From Eledone cirrhosa (lineage: Eukaryota), in NCBI GenBank assembly GCA_964016885.1, contig OZ024747.1:4526001-4590000 (forward strand): 64,000 nucleotides of DNA. The letters are read 5' to 3'. Positions 1 to 12,533 of the stretch are shown here, piece after piece; position 1 is the stretch's first letter, and the number at the start of each line of letters is the position of its first letter. The notes under the pieces were generated by a model. The model ran no database searches. It was not told the origin of the DNA and was given only the letters and a program-made list of their open reading frames with translations. Both the position numbers and the translations under genes were made by a program.

Positions 1-32
1 CATGCCACAGCCAACTTAGAGTTGACTTGGTG

Positions 33-602
33 TTAACCCTTTAGCATTTAACCCTTTAGCATTTAACCCTTTAGCATTTAACCCTTTAGCATTTACATTA
101 CTCTATATTTACTATTGTATTTTCAAAGTAAAGTCTTTATCTTACATAATTATCTCACATTGGATTGGCAGTATCGGTAGAGGGTCGGACGCCATGCTTT
201 GACGCATCGAGTTAAGGCCCTTTCCATTCTGAGTTCAAATCCCGCCGAGGTTAACTTTGCCTTTCATCCTTACGGGGTCGATAAAATAAAGTACCAGTAA
301 TGCACTGGGTAATTGCTGGCCTTGTGCTAAAAGTAGAAACAATTATATTGCATCAATAAAATTTTAATATTATTTATTTTGAGAACAATACGTTAACATC
401 AGTATGAGTGGCTAGTTAGGACTGATTTGAACAGGAAGAGGTTTGAATGCTGAAGAGTTAAACCGGCTGTATCTGGCCAGAATTATCTCACCTCTTTCTG
501 TTCAAACTGGCCATAATCAGCTGCTCATACTTATGTAAGATAAAGCTTTTACTGTGAAAATACAATAGTAAATATAGAGTAATGTAAATGGTAAAGGGTT
601 AA
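33..602. mobile_element. MITE-like foldback with TTAA-CCCTTT ends (piggyBac-like), interrupted by a SINE
   Basis: About 78-150 is the reverse complement of about 531-602. Termini are ttaacccttt/aaagggttaa. The left terminal 16-mer is repeated about 4x (34-95). A related SINE-free copy lies at about 62635-62830. Confidence 0.65.
162..346 (+). mobile_element. tRNA-derived SINE family A
   Basis: A-box tggcagtatcggtag, B-box gagttcaaatcc, core gcctttcatccttacggggtcgataaaataaagtaccag; multiple copies in the window. Confidence 0.85.
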
Positions 603-768
603 ACAACAACAACAACACTGTTGACATACAACAATAGAACACGGCAATAAGGGGGACCTCAATATCATTACCTCCTTTTCTTCTTCTTTCCTTCTTCTTC
701 TTCAGTCGTCCCTCTTTCAAAGGTGTAGCATTCCTTTTGCTTTTTCTAATAGCTGGAATATATATATC

Positions 769-1142
769 ATCATCATCATCCCTGTTTTATGTCCGTTCTT
801 TCACGCTAGCATGGATTAGACAGGTTGCCCTGTTGTGGGCAGTGTCTTGTCTTGCTCATAGGGGAACTGATTCTGGCTTGATTTCTACAGCTGGATGCCC
901 TTCCTAACATCAACCTCATCTACAGTGAGTGCTGGGTGCTTTTTTTCTGTGGCACCTCTATGACCACTTTGCAGTGGAATGATATGGACCCCAGTTCCTA
1001 TCATCTCATTTTTACAGCTGAGTAAACTGGAGCAATGTGAAATAAAATGTCTTGCTCAAGGAAACAACACACCACCCGGTCCGAGAATTAAACTCGCAAC
1101 CTTTCGATTGCAAGCCCAATGCTCTAACCACTAAGCCATGTG

Positions 1143-1145
<3 letters not shown>
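769..1145 (-). mobile_element. tRNA-derived SINE family B with RTE-derived 3' tail
   Basis: Minus-strand head tggcttagtggttagagc...gagtttaattc, body ccttgagcaagacattt...attgctccag, then a tail matching the LINE 3' UTR (about 12080-12349) and ending (GAT)n. Confidence 0.85.
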
Positions 1146-1231
<86 letters not shown>

Positions 1232-1352
1232 TGATTTAACCAGTTTTAAACTAATAAGACCATTATTCAGCAGAGTACTCAATATTTGGGATAGAGCTGT
1301 CAAAACGGCAAAAACCCTACACCCTCTTCTCTCACTCTCTCTTTCTCTCTGT

Positions 1353-1405
<53 letters not shown>

Positions 1406-1499
1406 CACAAATATATATATATATATATACATGCCCTAGCATAGCCTCAACCAGTCGGCTGGAATAGGTAAAAGAGAATAAATATAATATTTTATATAT

Positions 1500-1556
<57 letters not shown>

Positions 1557-2320
1557 GAGAAAGAGAGAGTGAGGGAAGAGGGTGTAGGCTTTTATGTAGG
1601 CAGGGCAGGGAATTAAGGCCAGAGAGCAGTGTGGGGTGAGGGACATATTGGAAAAATGGTAGTGTTGGTTGTAGTAATAGTTGGTGATGTGTGTATGGAG
1701 GTCTAAATGGCAGAAGGTGATAAAAGGGACAATAAATGAAGACATTCATGAAGAAGAAGACATTTGAAAAAGAAATAAGTAGGTGAAGAAATAGAAAACT
1801 AAAAGAAAAAAGGAAAATGGAGGAGAATGTAGTTGATGGTGGTACACTGAGAAAACAGTGTGTATATATGTATGTGTGTGTGTATATATGTATGTGTCTG
1901 TGTGTATATATGTGTGTGTGTGTATATATATATATGTGTGTGTGTGTGTGCGTATATATGTATGTGTGTGTGTGTGTACATATATATATATATGTATGTG
2001 TGTGTGTATATACGTATGTGTGTGTGTGTATATATATATATATAATGTATACACACACACGCACACATATATTCATACGCACATACAAGGAAGCAAATAA
2101 AATAAAAGGACAGTTTGTGTATTTGCAGTATTGAAGGAAAGTGTCCATTATTATTGCTCAAATACTCCTGCCATCTATTGGAAAGAGGGTGCAACTAAGA
2201 GAAGATAATAAAGAACTGAAGATTGCTTCTGTTTGCATCATTAAACAGGTTTCTAAGAGCAAACTTAATCAGTCAGCTGATGGTCTTCTGCTGAAATCCA
2301 TGAGGACGAAAATTGTAAGA

Positions 2321-2670
<350 letters not shown>

Positions 2671-2674
2671 ACTC

Positions 2675-2717
<43 letters not shown>

Positions 2718-3339
2718 ATGTGTATGTGTGTCTTTGTGATTGCAAGAATTTGTTTGCATAAGTATGTGTGTGTGTGTAAGTGTGTGTATAAGTATGTATT
2801 GTTTGTATAAGTATGTATGTGTGTGTGTGTGTGTATGTATGCCCTTTTTCTCTATATGTATGTATATATGTGTATGTATGTATGCATTTTTTCTTTATAT
2901 CTATATATCTTAGTTCTTGGTATGTGTCTGTATATGTATTTGAATTCCAATACTGTGTGTGTGTGTGTGTGGTTGTAAGTATATGTTCATATGTATGTGT
3001 ATATGTTATGTGGAAGCTAGTCTGTACGTATGTGGATTCCAGTAACTTGTGTATGGATATATGTGTATGTATGTGTCCTTGTGATTGCAAATGTTTGTTG
3101 GTGTATTTATATGTGTATCTATGTATGTACATATGTATTTTTGTCTTTATATGTACAGTTCTTTTTGAGTATGTGACTGTATGTACGACTTACAATGTTT
3201 TGTGTATGAGCGTGCATATATGTATGTATATGTGTATGTCCTTATGCATGTGCATATATATGCATCTATGTATGATTGTTGTTTGTGTGTGTGCCTCTGT
3301 ATGGATGTGTAAATTCCTTCATGTGGGTCTATATATATC

Positions 3340-3944
3340 ATATAGACAATATGCCCCCACACCCTCCCACTGTAAAGTGGTCGTGTAGGTGCCATGGCAA
3401 AAGAGGCACCCAGCACTCACTGCAAAGTGGTCGTGTAGGTGCCATGGCAAAAGAGGCACCCAGCACTCACTGCAAAGTGGTCGTGGTGGTGCCATGGCAA
3501 AAGAGGCACCCAGCACTCACTGCAAAGTGGTCGTGTAGGTGCCATGGCAAAAGAGGCACCCAGCACTCACTGCAAAGTGGTCATGGTGGTGCCATGGCAA
3601 AAGAGGCACCCAGCACTCACTGCAAAGTGGTCATGGTGGTGCCATGGCAAAAGAGGCACCCAGCACTCACTGCAAAGTGGTCGTGTAGGTGCCATGGCAA
3701 AAGAGGCACCCAGCACTCACTGCAAAGTGGTCATGGTGGTGCCATGCAAAAGAGGCACCCAGCACTCACTGTAAATGAGGTTGGTGTTAGGAAGGGCATC
3801 CAGCTGTAGAAATCAAGCCAGAATCAGTTCCCGTATGAGCAAGACAAGGTCAGTTGACTGGACACTGCCCATAACAGGACAACCCGTCTAACCCATGCTA
3901 ACGTGGAAGAATGGACGTAAAACGGTGATGATGATGATGATGAT
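3340..3944 (+). mobile_element. RTE 3' UTR copy with 8x expansion of a 50-bp subrepeat (3371-3770)
   Basis: Matches 12050-12349; unit tgcaaagtggtcgtgtaggtgccatggcaaaagaggcacccagcactcac. Confidence 0.9.
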
Positions 3945-4042
3945 ATATACATATATATGCGTGTGGCTTTGCATGTAATTGTGATAGTGTAAACGTATTC
4001 CTTATATGTGTGTGATTATCTATTTGTAGATGTATATTTGTA

Positions 4043-4514
4043 TGTGTGTGTCTCTGGTGTGTGTGTCTCTGGTGTGTGTGTGTGTCTCTGGTGTGTGTGT
4101 GTGTCTCTGGTGTGTTTGTGTGTGTCTATGGTGTGTGTGTCTCTGATGTGTGTGTATGCCTCTGGTGTGTGTGTATGCCTCTGGTGTGTGTGTATGCCTC
4201 TGGTGTGTGTGTGTGTCTCTGGTGTGTGTGTGTGTCTCTGGTGTGTGTGTATGCCTCTGGTGTGTGTGTATGCCTCTGGTGTGTGTGTGTGTCTCTGGTG
4301 TGTGTGTGTGTCTCTGGTGTGTGTGTATGCCTCTGGTGTGTGTGTATGTCTCTGGTGTGTGTGTCTCTGATGTGTATGTGTGTCTGGTGTGTGTGTGTGT
4401 CTCTGGTGTGTGTGTATGCCTCTGGTGTGTGTGTATGCCTCTGGTGTGTGTGTATGTCTCTGGTGTGTGTGTCTCTGATGTGTGTGTATGCCTCTGGTGT
4501 GTGTGTGTGTCTCT

Positions 4515-4546
<32 letters not shown>

Positions 4547-4702
4547 TGGTGTGTGTGTGTGTGTGTCTCTGGTGTGTGTGTGTGTCTGTGTGTGTGTGTG
4601 TCTGGTGTGTGTGTGTGTGAATATATTCATATGTTTGTGTGCATCTTTTTATGTGTGTGTTGTGTGTGTGTGTAAAAGTATGCACATGTGTACATACATG
4701 TT

Positions 4703-4739
<37 letters not shown>

Positions 4740-5520
4740 GAATGCACATGTGTACATGCATGTTTATGTGTGTGTAAAAGAATGCACATGTGTACATGCA
4801 TGTTTATGTGTGTGTGTGTGTGAGTGTGTGTGTGTAAAAGAATGCACATGTGTACATGCATGTTTATGTGTGTGTGTGTGTGAGTGTGTGTGTGTAAAAG
4901 AATGCACATGTGTACATGCATGTTTATGTGTGTGTGTGTGTGAGTGTGTGTGTGTAAAAGAATGCACATGTGTACATGCATGGTTATGTGTGTGTGTGTG
5001 TGTGTGTGTAAAAGAATGCACATGTGTACATGCATGTTTATGTGTGTGTGTGTGTGTGTAAAAGTATGCACATGTGTACATGCATGTTTATGTGTGTGTG
5101 TGTGTGTGTAAAAGTATGCACATGTGTACATGCATGTTTATGTGTGTGTGTGAGAGAAAGGGAGAGAGAATGAAAAAGAAAAAAAGGGAAAAAAGGTGAT
5201 TACCAAAATCCATTGCATCTAAAAATGTGTATGTATGTGTTAGTGTGTTTGTGACAATGTGTCTGTATGTGTTAGTGTGTTTGTGACAATGTATATGTAT
5301 GTGTTAGTGTTTGTGACAATGTGTATGTGTGTGTTAATGTGTTTGTGACAATGTGTCGGTATGTGTTAGTTTGTTTGTGACAATGTGTATGTATGTGTTA
5401 GTGTGTTTGTGACAATGTGTATGTGTGTGTTAGTGTGTTTGTGACAATGTGTATGTATGTGTTAGAGTGTTTGTGACAATGTGTATGTATGTGTTAGAGT
5501 GTTTGTGACAATGTGTATGC
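4043..5520. repeat. Compound (TG)n-based minisatellites (ctctgg-(TG)n; about 60-bp aaaagaatgcacatgtgtacatgc unit; about 32-bp gtttgtgacaat unit)
   Basis: Directly visible tandem units. Confidence 0.9.
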
Positions 5521-5715
5521 GTACTAGTCAGTATGAATGTGTATGTACACAAAAAGGTAAGTAATACACACACACATGCACACATATATATATAGTAATA
5601 ATAAAAATTTGAAGACTAAAATCCAAAGAGGGCTCGATAAGGATAAATTATATCAAATATATAAGAACCGTAGAGCAAATATTTATCTGTTATTTTAATA
5701 AATATATATATATAC

Positions 5716-5998
5716 AGAGTACCCGACCTCCCATGGGTACAAGCTGAAGCATATAGACAATATGCCCCCACACCCTCCTACTGCAAAGTGGTCGTGGAGG
5801 TGCCACGGAAAAAAGCACCCAACACTCACTGTAATGAGGTTGGTGTTAGGAAGGGCATCCAGCTGTAGAAATCAAGCCAGATCAGTTCCTGTATGAGCAA
5901 GGCATGGTCAGCCGACCAGACACTGCCCACAACAGGACAACCCGTCTAACCCATGCTAGCATGGAAGCAGGGACGTAAAACGGTGATGATGATGATGA
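5716..5998 (+). mobile_element. 5'-truncated RTE copy (last codons + 3' UTR)
   Basis: Matches 12013-12349. Confidence 0.9.
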
Positions 5999-6132
5999 TA
6001 TATATTTATATGTATATATGTAGGTATGTATTTATATATAGATACATATATTTATATGTATGTAATGTAAGTTTTTATATATATACATATATGTATGTAA
6101 TGTATGTATTTATATATATGTATATATGTATT

Positions 6133-6175
<43 letters not shown>

Positions 6176-6366
6176 ATATATGTATCTGTATGTATGTATC
6201 TGTATGTGTGTGTATGTATTTTCAATAGAAACTTACACACAATATATTGAGTCTGTACAAACCATTCACACACACACATATACTTACACATTCACACACA
6301 TGTTCACAAGCACACATATATACATCTATGTATATATATATATGTGTGTGTATGTGTATATATGTG

Positions 6367-6399
<33 letters not shown>

Positions 6400-6494
6400 A
6401 TATATGTGTGTGTGTGTATATGTATATATATGTATATATATATGTGTGTGTGTATATATATATGTGTGTGTGTGTGTGTATATGTATATATATG

Positions 6495-6537
<43 letters not shown>

Positions 6538-6933
6538 ATATATATATGTGTGTGTGTGTGTATTGGTTGGAATGTGTCCTCTAATCAGCCAATAGTTATT
6601 TAGATTGTCTATTCTAAAGGGGTTAAATGTTTTGGTGAAAAGCGAAGGAAGACGCTTGTTAGCTTTTGGCTTGCCTGCAGGTTAGATCTTTTTAAAGAGT
6701 TAAATATTGTCAGTGAATGGGAGAAATTTGTCAGTAAAATCTTTAACTTGATCAACAGACAAAGGAGCCGTTGCTACTACTGTCTGGGATTTAGCCAATA
6801 CTGGACTTTTCACAGTTTAGATAACTGGTTAGATGGAAATATAGGTAGATAGGTAGGTAAGTCTCTGTTGTGTATATATATATATAGAGAATATAATGTT
6901 CAGTTACTGTAGGAGGTTCACCAGAGTGAGCAC

Positions 6934-6981
<48 letters not shown>

Positions 6982-7062
6982 GGGAGAGAGATGAGAAAGA
7001 TAGATATATAGACAGACAGGTAAGTGTGTGCGTGTGTGAAAATATATATATATATATATATA

Positions 7063-7530
7063 TGATGCCTGTGTGAAGAGCACGATGTTGCATGGTAGTG
7101 AGACATGGGAAGCAACTGCAGAGGATATGCGATGGCTGGAGAGAAATGAGGCAAGCATGCTCCGTTGGATGTGCAGTGTCAATGTGCGTGAACGACCCAG
7201 CATGGATGTGTTGAGAGGGAAACTGTATCTGAGAGGGATAGAATGTAGTGTACGGGAGAGGAGACTGAGGTGGTATGGACATGTGATGCGCATGGAGGAT
7301 GACCGATGGTGGGTAAAGAAGTGCCAGGAAATGCCAGTTGAAGGAAGACGTGGTAGAGGTAGACCACGAAAAACATGGGCGGAGGTTGTGAGAGCAGACC
7401 TCAGATCGTTGAAGCTCACGGTGGAGATGACGAAGGACCGAGACGAGTAGAGAGATGATGTGCTGAATAGGACCCGTCTCACCCTTGCAAGCAGGGAAAA
7501 GCGGACGTAAAATGTTGATGATGATGATGT
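7063..7530 (+). mobile_element. 5'-truncated RTE, second subfamily (C-terminal coding fragment, short 3' UTR)
   Basis: Translates MLHGSETW...RRLRWYGHVMRM...GRGRPRKTW; tail cccttgcaagcagggaaaagcggacgtaaaatg(gat)n. Confidence 0.9.
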
Positions 7531-7675
7531 ATATATATGAAAGAGAGGGAGGGTGAGAAAGATAGATTGATAGATAGGCAGGTATAAAAAGGAAAAAAAG
7601 AGCACTCGATCAGTTTTATAATCTATATTTATTTGTTCATATATAAATATATATATATATATATATATGTTGTTT

Positions 7676-8275
7676 ACTCGAGAGAAGGCTGCGTTGGTAT
7701 GGACACGTGATGCGCATGAAAGTCGATAGCTGTATTACAAAGTGCAGGGCAATAAAGATAGACGGTAGCCACGGAATAGGCAGACCTAGAAAAACATGGG
7801 ATGAGCTGATAAACTCCGACCTCACACACTTACACCTCTCCAAGACAATGTCACTGGACCGTGACCTTTGGCGGTACTCAGTAACAGAGAAGACCCGCCT
7901 TGCCAGTAGGCATCTCTAACAAACTACACCCCGTCCCGCCACCACCCCCACCCCATCCACACCACCCCGTTCTATGTAAAGTTATGTTGGTGCCGCGCCA
8001 TCCAGGCCGAAACAAATGAGATCGTGTAGGTGTCACGACAAAAAAACACACAGTCCACGCTGTAATGTGGCCGTGTAGGCAACACGGTAAAAACCTCCCA
8101 GACCCACACTGTAAATGTGGTTGGTGTTAGGAAGGGCATCCAACTGTAGAAAACCTGCCAGACAGTCCTATGCGAGCAAGACAATCACTCTTGCCTCAAG
8201 TGGGACTACCCCCGTCCAAACCCATGCAAGCGTGGAACACGGACGTTAAACGTTGATGATGATGATGATGATGAT
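7676..8275 (+). mobile_element. 5'-truncated RTE, third subfamily
   Basis: Protein similar to the C-terminus of the intact ORF (GRPRKTWDELI.SDLT.LHLSK); variant 3' UTR and (GAT)n tail. Confidence 0.9.
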
Positions 8276-8288
8276 ATATATATATATA

Positions 8289-8447
8289 TAACTAAGGAAG
8301 TGTGGTAAAGAACCAGGTGGACCATAACACACCAAAGTACTCAATACTATGGGTAGTAGAGTGGGTAATAGGAATACAATCAGGACTCTGACGTTCAGAA
8401 ATAGCTGTCAAAACAGCCGGAGCTCAGCTGTCGGGTCCTGACTCTTT

Positions 8448-8451
<4 letters not shown>
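8289..8451. mobile_element. (TA)n-embedded partially palindromic element, family D
   Basis: Homologous to 33127-33320, 51758-51939 and 53852-54058. Confidence 0.75.
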
Positions 8452-8490
<39 letters not shown>

Positions 8491-8522
8491 AATATATATA
8501 TATATGTGTGAATATATATATA

Positions 8523-8610
8523 TATCAGGGTGGATTCAGTTTGAAACTGGTTAGACCATTTCTCAACAGAGTACTCGATACTTAGGATAGTAGAGTATGG
8601 TTATATTATA
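8523..8610. repeat. (TA)n-embedded short repeat, family E (also about 1228-1325 and 31313-31410)
   Basis: Shared cagtttgaaactggttagaccatt...gagtactcgatacttaggatagtagag; the last part resembles family D. Confidence 0.65.
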
Positions 8611-8749
8611 TATAAGAATATGTATATGTATGTATATATATACATATATATATGAATCTATCTATCTCTCTATATATACATACATGTATATACTTGTGTA
8701 TATATATGTATGTATATATATATGTATATATGTATGTATGTATATATAT

Positions 8750-11700
8750 GCCATTTCCACTGCTGCTGCTGCTACTACCTGCCTAACTAACTCTCTCCTC
8801 CTCTGGCGCATCCCAACACACCCTGCCATTACCCCACCACCACTGTCCTTCTAGCCCTCAATTTTCCCACCGTTAGGGATGGATGAGCTGGGAATACACG
8901 AGCAACTCTGAATCAATAGATGAAATATGAATCTGCGAGCTACCAAGCACCCACGTGAAGCGCCAACCCAGAGACCCTCCCCTACGAGTGTCGACAAATG
9001 CCCAAAACTCCGAGTTGGTACCATCAATGTAGGCTCAATGAAAGGAAGAGCAGGAGAAATCGTAGAAATGCTAGAGCGAAAGGAAGTTGATGTATGCTGT
9101 GTGCAAGAGACTAGATGGAGAGGAGGGTCTGCTAGAGTCCTTGTAGGAAAAAGCCAGTGCTACAAATTTTTCTGGGTGGGAAATGACGATGGGATGGGTG
9201 GTGTAGGTATACTATTAGCTGACAAGTGGGTAGATAAAGTAATCTCAGTGTACAGGGTAAATGCAAGAATCATTAAACTCAGACTAGTCCTGAATAAGAC
9301 AATTACCACAATAATATCAGCTTACGCACCCCAATCGGGGCTGCCAGACGAACTTAAGGATAGGTTTTACGAGTCCCTAATACACACTACTGCTCTAACA
9401 GACGACAAGGACTTCCTAATCATTGCAGGAGATTTTAACGGACACGTAGGTAAACACTGCGACGGCTTCAATAGAGTACATGGAGGCCATGGAGTTGGCA
9501 CAAGGAATGAGGAAGGATTCAGACTTCTAGAATTCTGCGACGCCAATGACATGTCGATATGTAACACAAACTTTAAAAAACCCGACAACCACCTGATCAC
9601 CTATAGATCAGGGGAGCACTCTAGTCAGTTAGATTTTATCCTCATCAGAGGACGTGACAGATGGACGGTCGTAAACACAAAAGCCTTCCCTAGTGAGGAA
9701 TGTACATCCCAACATAGCTTAGTTGTCAGCGACCTCACGGTCAGAACTAGACGAGCCCTGAAACAGAGGCCAACCTGGAGAAGAAAGATCTGGAAGCTGA
9801 AAGTCCCCTCAACCAGTAACAGATTTAAAGATATTTTACTCAACGCCTACGACAGTAAAGAAGAACAGATAGAGACATTTAACGTAGAAGAGAACTGGGA
9901 GTTCCTAAAAAATAACTTACTAGAGGCGACGGATGAGGTTTGTGGCTGGAGTAAGACCTCAAGCAGGAGGAGAGTGACTTGGTGGTGGAACAATAAGGTA
10001 GATGAAGCAGTCAAGGCCAAGAGACAGGCATGGAAAGAATGGAAGAACGGGGGGAGCAGGGTACATTACATAGAGACCAAGAGGGAAGCTAGGCGACAAG
10101 TATACTTAGCTAGGAGGGAAGCAGAGGATAGAAAATTCAAGCATGTTTTACAACGTGAGGACCAGAAACAGGAGGTATTCAAGATTGCGAGGCAGTGTGT
10201 CAGAGATAGTTGTGATGTCATTGGAGAGAAGTGTATCCGGAATGATAAAGGTGAGCTTGCCCTCACAAGTGCTGAGAAGAAAGATGCATGGAAGAGTCAT
10301 TATGATAGATTACTAAATGAGGAGAATGCATGGGAAGAAGAGACCCTACCCCACGTAGACCCTATAGAGGGACCAGCAGTACAAGTCAGCGGCAGCGTAG
10401 TAAGTAAGGCAATCAGAGATATGAAGATAGGGAAGGCAACCGGTCCATCGGGTATAGCTGCCGAGATGCTGAAGGCATCTGGGTCTGTAGGTCACACTAT
10501 AACCACACGTATCGTTAACCAGGTAATACTAGAGGGGGCCATACCAAAAGATTGGTGCAGTAGCATCATTGTCAACTGCTACAAAGGTAAAGGCGATGCA
10601 CTAGATAGAGGAAACTATAGAGGTATAAAGTTGATGGACCAGGTCATGAAAGTAACAGAAAGAGTTATAGCACAGCTGATTAGGGACCGGGTGAATATAG
10701 ACGAGATGCAATTTGGGTTTGTTCCAGGGAAAGGCACCACTGATGCGCTCTTCCTTGTGAGGCAATTACAGGAAAAGTACCTAGCTAAAAGTAAGCCACT
10801 CTACTTGGCATTTGTCGACCTTGAGAAAGCCTTTGACAGAGTTCCACGTGCAGTAATCTGGTGGGCTCTTAGAAAACTAGGAGTAGATGAATGGCTTGTG
10901 AAAGCGGTACAAGCCATGTATAGGGGAGCAGTCAGCAAAGTTAGGATTGGCAATGAGTATAGCGAGGAATTTAGCGTACAGGTTGGAGTCCACCAGGGCT
11001 CTGTTCTTAGCCCTCTCCTGTTCATCATAGTCCTGCAGGCAATAACGGAGGAGTTTAAGACCGGATGCCCATGGGAACTCCTGTATGCTGATGACCTCGC
11101 ACTCATAGCTGAATCTATGGTAGAACTAGAGAATAAATTCCAAACCTGGAAGCAGGGACTAGAGAGAAAGGGCCTCAAAGTCAACATGACAAAGACTAAG
11201 GTCCTTATAAGTAGACGAGAAAACAGAACCCAGATCCCCTCAGGGAAATGGCCTTGCTCAGTATGTAGGAAAGGTGTAGGTAGGAACTCCATTCTTTGCC
11301 CCAAATGCAAACAATGGGTACACAAGAGGTGTAGCGGGATCTCAGGAAGCTTAATTAAGAATGTAGGATTCACATGCAGCAGCTGTGCTGAAACAGCAAG
11401 CAAACAGCCACAGGAAACAAGTACCACCAATCTCTGGGAGGGCCCTGTAGAAACAGTAGACAGCTTCTGCTACCTAGGTGACCGAATTAGCAACGGAGGT
11501 GGGTGCTCAGAAAGTACAATAACTAGGGTAAGAACGGGATGGAAGAAGTTTAGGGAACTACTACCACTGCTAGCTGCAAAAGGCTTCTCCCTCAGAATGA
11601 AAGGCAGACTGTATGATGCGTGTATCCGAACAGCGATGTTGCATGGTAGTGAGACCTGGGCGCTGAAGGTGGAAGACTTACGTAGATTAGAGAGAAACGA

Positions 11701-12349
11701 AGCCTGCATGCTCCGATGGATGTGTAACAGTAATATACGTGAACGACAAAGCATAAATGAATTGAGAGAGAGACTGAGCATAAGAGGAATCAAATGCTGC
11801 GTGCAGGAGAGGCGGTTACGCTGGTATGGACATGTGATGCGTATGAAGGATGACAGCTGCATAAAAAGGTGCAGAGCACTAGAAGTTGATGGAAACCGCG
11901 GAGTGGGGAGACCCAAGATGACTTGGGATGAGGTGATAAAAGCCGACCTTACCCAACTACACCTCTCAAAGTCAATGACACACGACCGTGACTTCTGGCG
12001 TCACGCAGTAATACAGGGTACCCGACCTCCCATGGGTACATGCTGAAGCATATAAACAATATGCCCCCCCCCTCCCACCGCAAGGTGGTCGTGGAGGTGC
12101 CACGGCAAAAAAGCACCCAGCCCACACTGTAAAGTGGACGTGTAGGCGCCACGAAAAAGCACCCAGCACTCACTGTAAATGAGGTTGGTGTTAGGAAGGG
12201 CATCCAGCTGTAGAAATCAAGCCAGATCAGTTCCTGTATGAGCAAGGCATGGTCAGCCGACCAGACACTGCCCACAACAGGACAACCCGTCTAACCCATG
12301 CTAGCGTGGAAGAACGGACGTAAAACGGTGATGATGATGATGATGATGA
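8750..12349 (+). mobile_element. Full-length-looking RTE LINE: short 5' UTR, single ORF, about 300-bp 3' UTR, (GAT)n tail
   Basis: ORF above. The 3' UTR ends ...ggacgtaaaacggt(gat)n. Both ends abut TA/TG microsatellite. The 3' UTR recurs many times in the window. Confidence 0.9.
8927..12046 (+). CDS. RTE-clade non-LTR retrotransposon ORF (APE endonuclease + reverse transcriptase + PHD-like Cys-rich insert), 1039 aa, uninterrupted
   Basis: APE motifs: GTINVGSM, VQETRW, SAYAPQ, AGDFNGHVG, SQLDFIL, SQHSLV. RT motifs: YRGIKL, QFGFVPGKGT, FVDLEKAFDRVP, GVHQGSVLSP, YADDL, LKVNMTKTK, YLG. RTE-type C-terminus RRLRWYGHVMR...GRPKMTW. Confidence 0.96.
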   Translation: MNLRATKHPREAPTQRPSPTSVDKCPKLRVGTINVGSMKGRAGEIVEMLERKEVDVCCVQETRWRGGSARVLVGKSQCYKFFWVGNDDGMGGVGILLADKWVDKVISVYRVNARIIKLRLVLNKTITTIISAYAPQSGLPDELKDRFYESLIHTTALTDDKDFLIIAGDFNGHVGKHCDGFNRVHGGHGVGTRNEEGFRLLEFCDANDMSICNTNFKKPDNHLITYRSGEHSSQLDFILIRGRDRWTVVNTKAFPSEECTSQHSLVVSDLTVRTRRALKQRPTWRRKIWKLKVPSTSNRFKDILLNAYDSKEEQIETFNVEENWEFLKNNLLEATDEVCGWSKTSSRRRVTWWWNNKVDEAVKAKRQAWKEWKNGGSRVHYIETKREARRQVYLARREAEDRKFKHVLQREDQKQEVFKIARQCVRDSCDVIGEKCIRNDKGELALTSAEKKDAWKSHYDRLLNEENAWEEETLPHVDPIEGPAVQVSGSVVSKAIRDMKIGKATGPSGIAAEMLKASGSVGHTITTRIVNQVILEGAIPKDWCSSIIVNCYKGKGDALDRGNYRGIKLMDQVMKVTERVIAQLIRDRVNIDEMQFGFVPGKGTTDALFLVRQLQEKYLAKSKPLYLAFVDLEKAFDRVPRAVIWWALRKLGVDEWLVKAVQAMYRGAVSKVRIGNEYSEEFSVQVGVHQGSVLSPLLFIIVLQAITEEFKTGCPWELLYADDLALIAESMVELENKFQTWKQGLERKGLKVNMTKTKVLISRRENRTQIPSGKWPCSVCRKGVGRNSILCPKCKQWVHKRCSGISGSLIKNVGFTCSSCAETASKQPQETSTTNLWEGPVETVDSFCYLGDRISNGGGCSESTITRVRTGWKKFRELLPLLAAKGFSLRMKGRLYDACIRTAMLHGSETWALKVEDLRRLERNEACMLRWMCNSNIRERQSINELRERLSIRGIKCCVQERRLRWYGHVMRMKDDSCIKRCRALEVDGNRGVGRPKMTWDEVIKADLTQLHLSKSMTHDRDFWRHAVIQGTRPPMGTC

Positions 12350-12420
12350 TATATATATGTGTGTGTGTGTGTGTGTAGTGAGAGAAAGGCAGTGTTAGAA
12401 AGACAAATACTAGCTATATG

Positions 12421-12465
<45 letters not shown>

Positions 12466-12489
12466 AGTGAGAGAAAGAGAGAGAGAGAA

Positions 12490-12533
<44 letters not shown>

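Noticed and set aside
162-250. Possible tRNA genes (also 1075-1145, 31230-31300, 57535-57620)
   Set aside because: Each continues into a shared SINE body and lacks a proper acceptor stem; they are SINE heads.
3371-3770. CRISPR-like regular arrays (also 34395, 38988, 43945)
   Set aside because: Pure tandem units with no unique spacers and no cas genes; eukaryotic context; most derive from the LINE UTR.
8750-8926. HDV-like ribozyme at the RTE 5' end
   Set aside because: Known for some RTEs, but only a catccc/gggatg pairing is visible; the double pseudoknot could not be traced.
9367-11916. Antisense ORFs inside the LINE
   Set aside because: Shadow frames of the RT ORF with no independent motifs.
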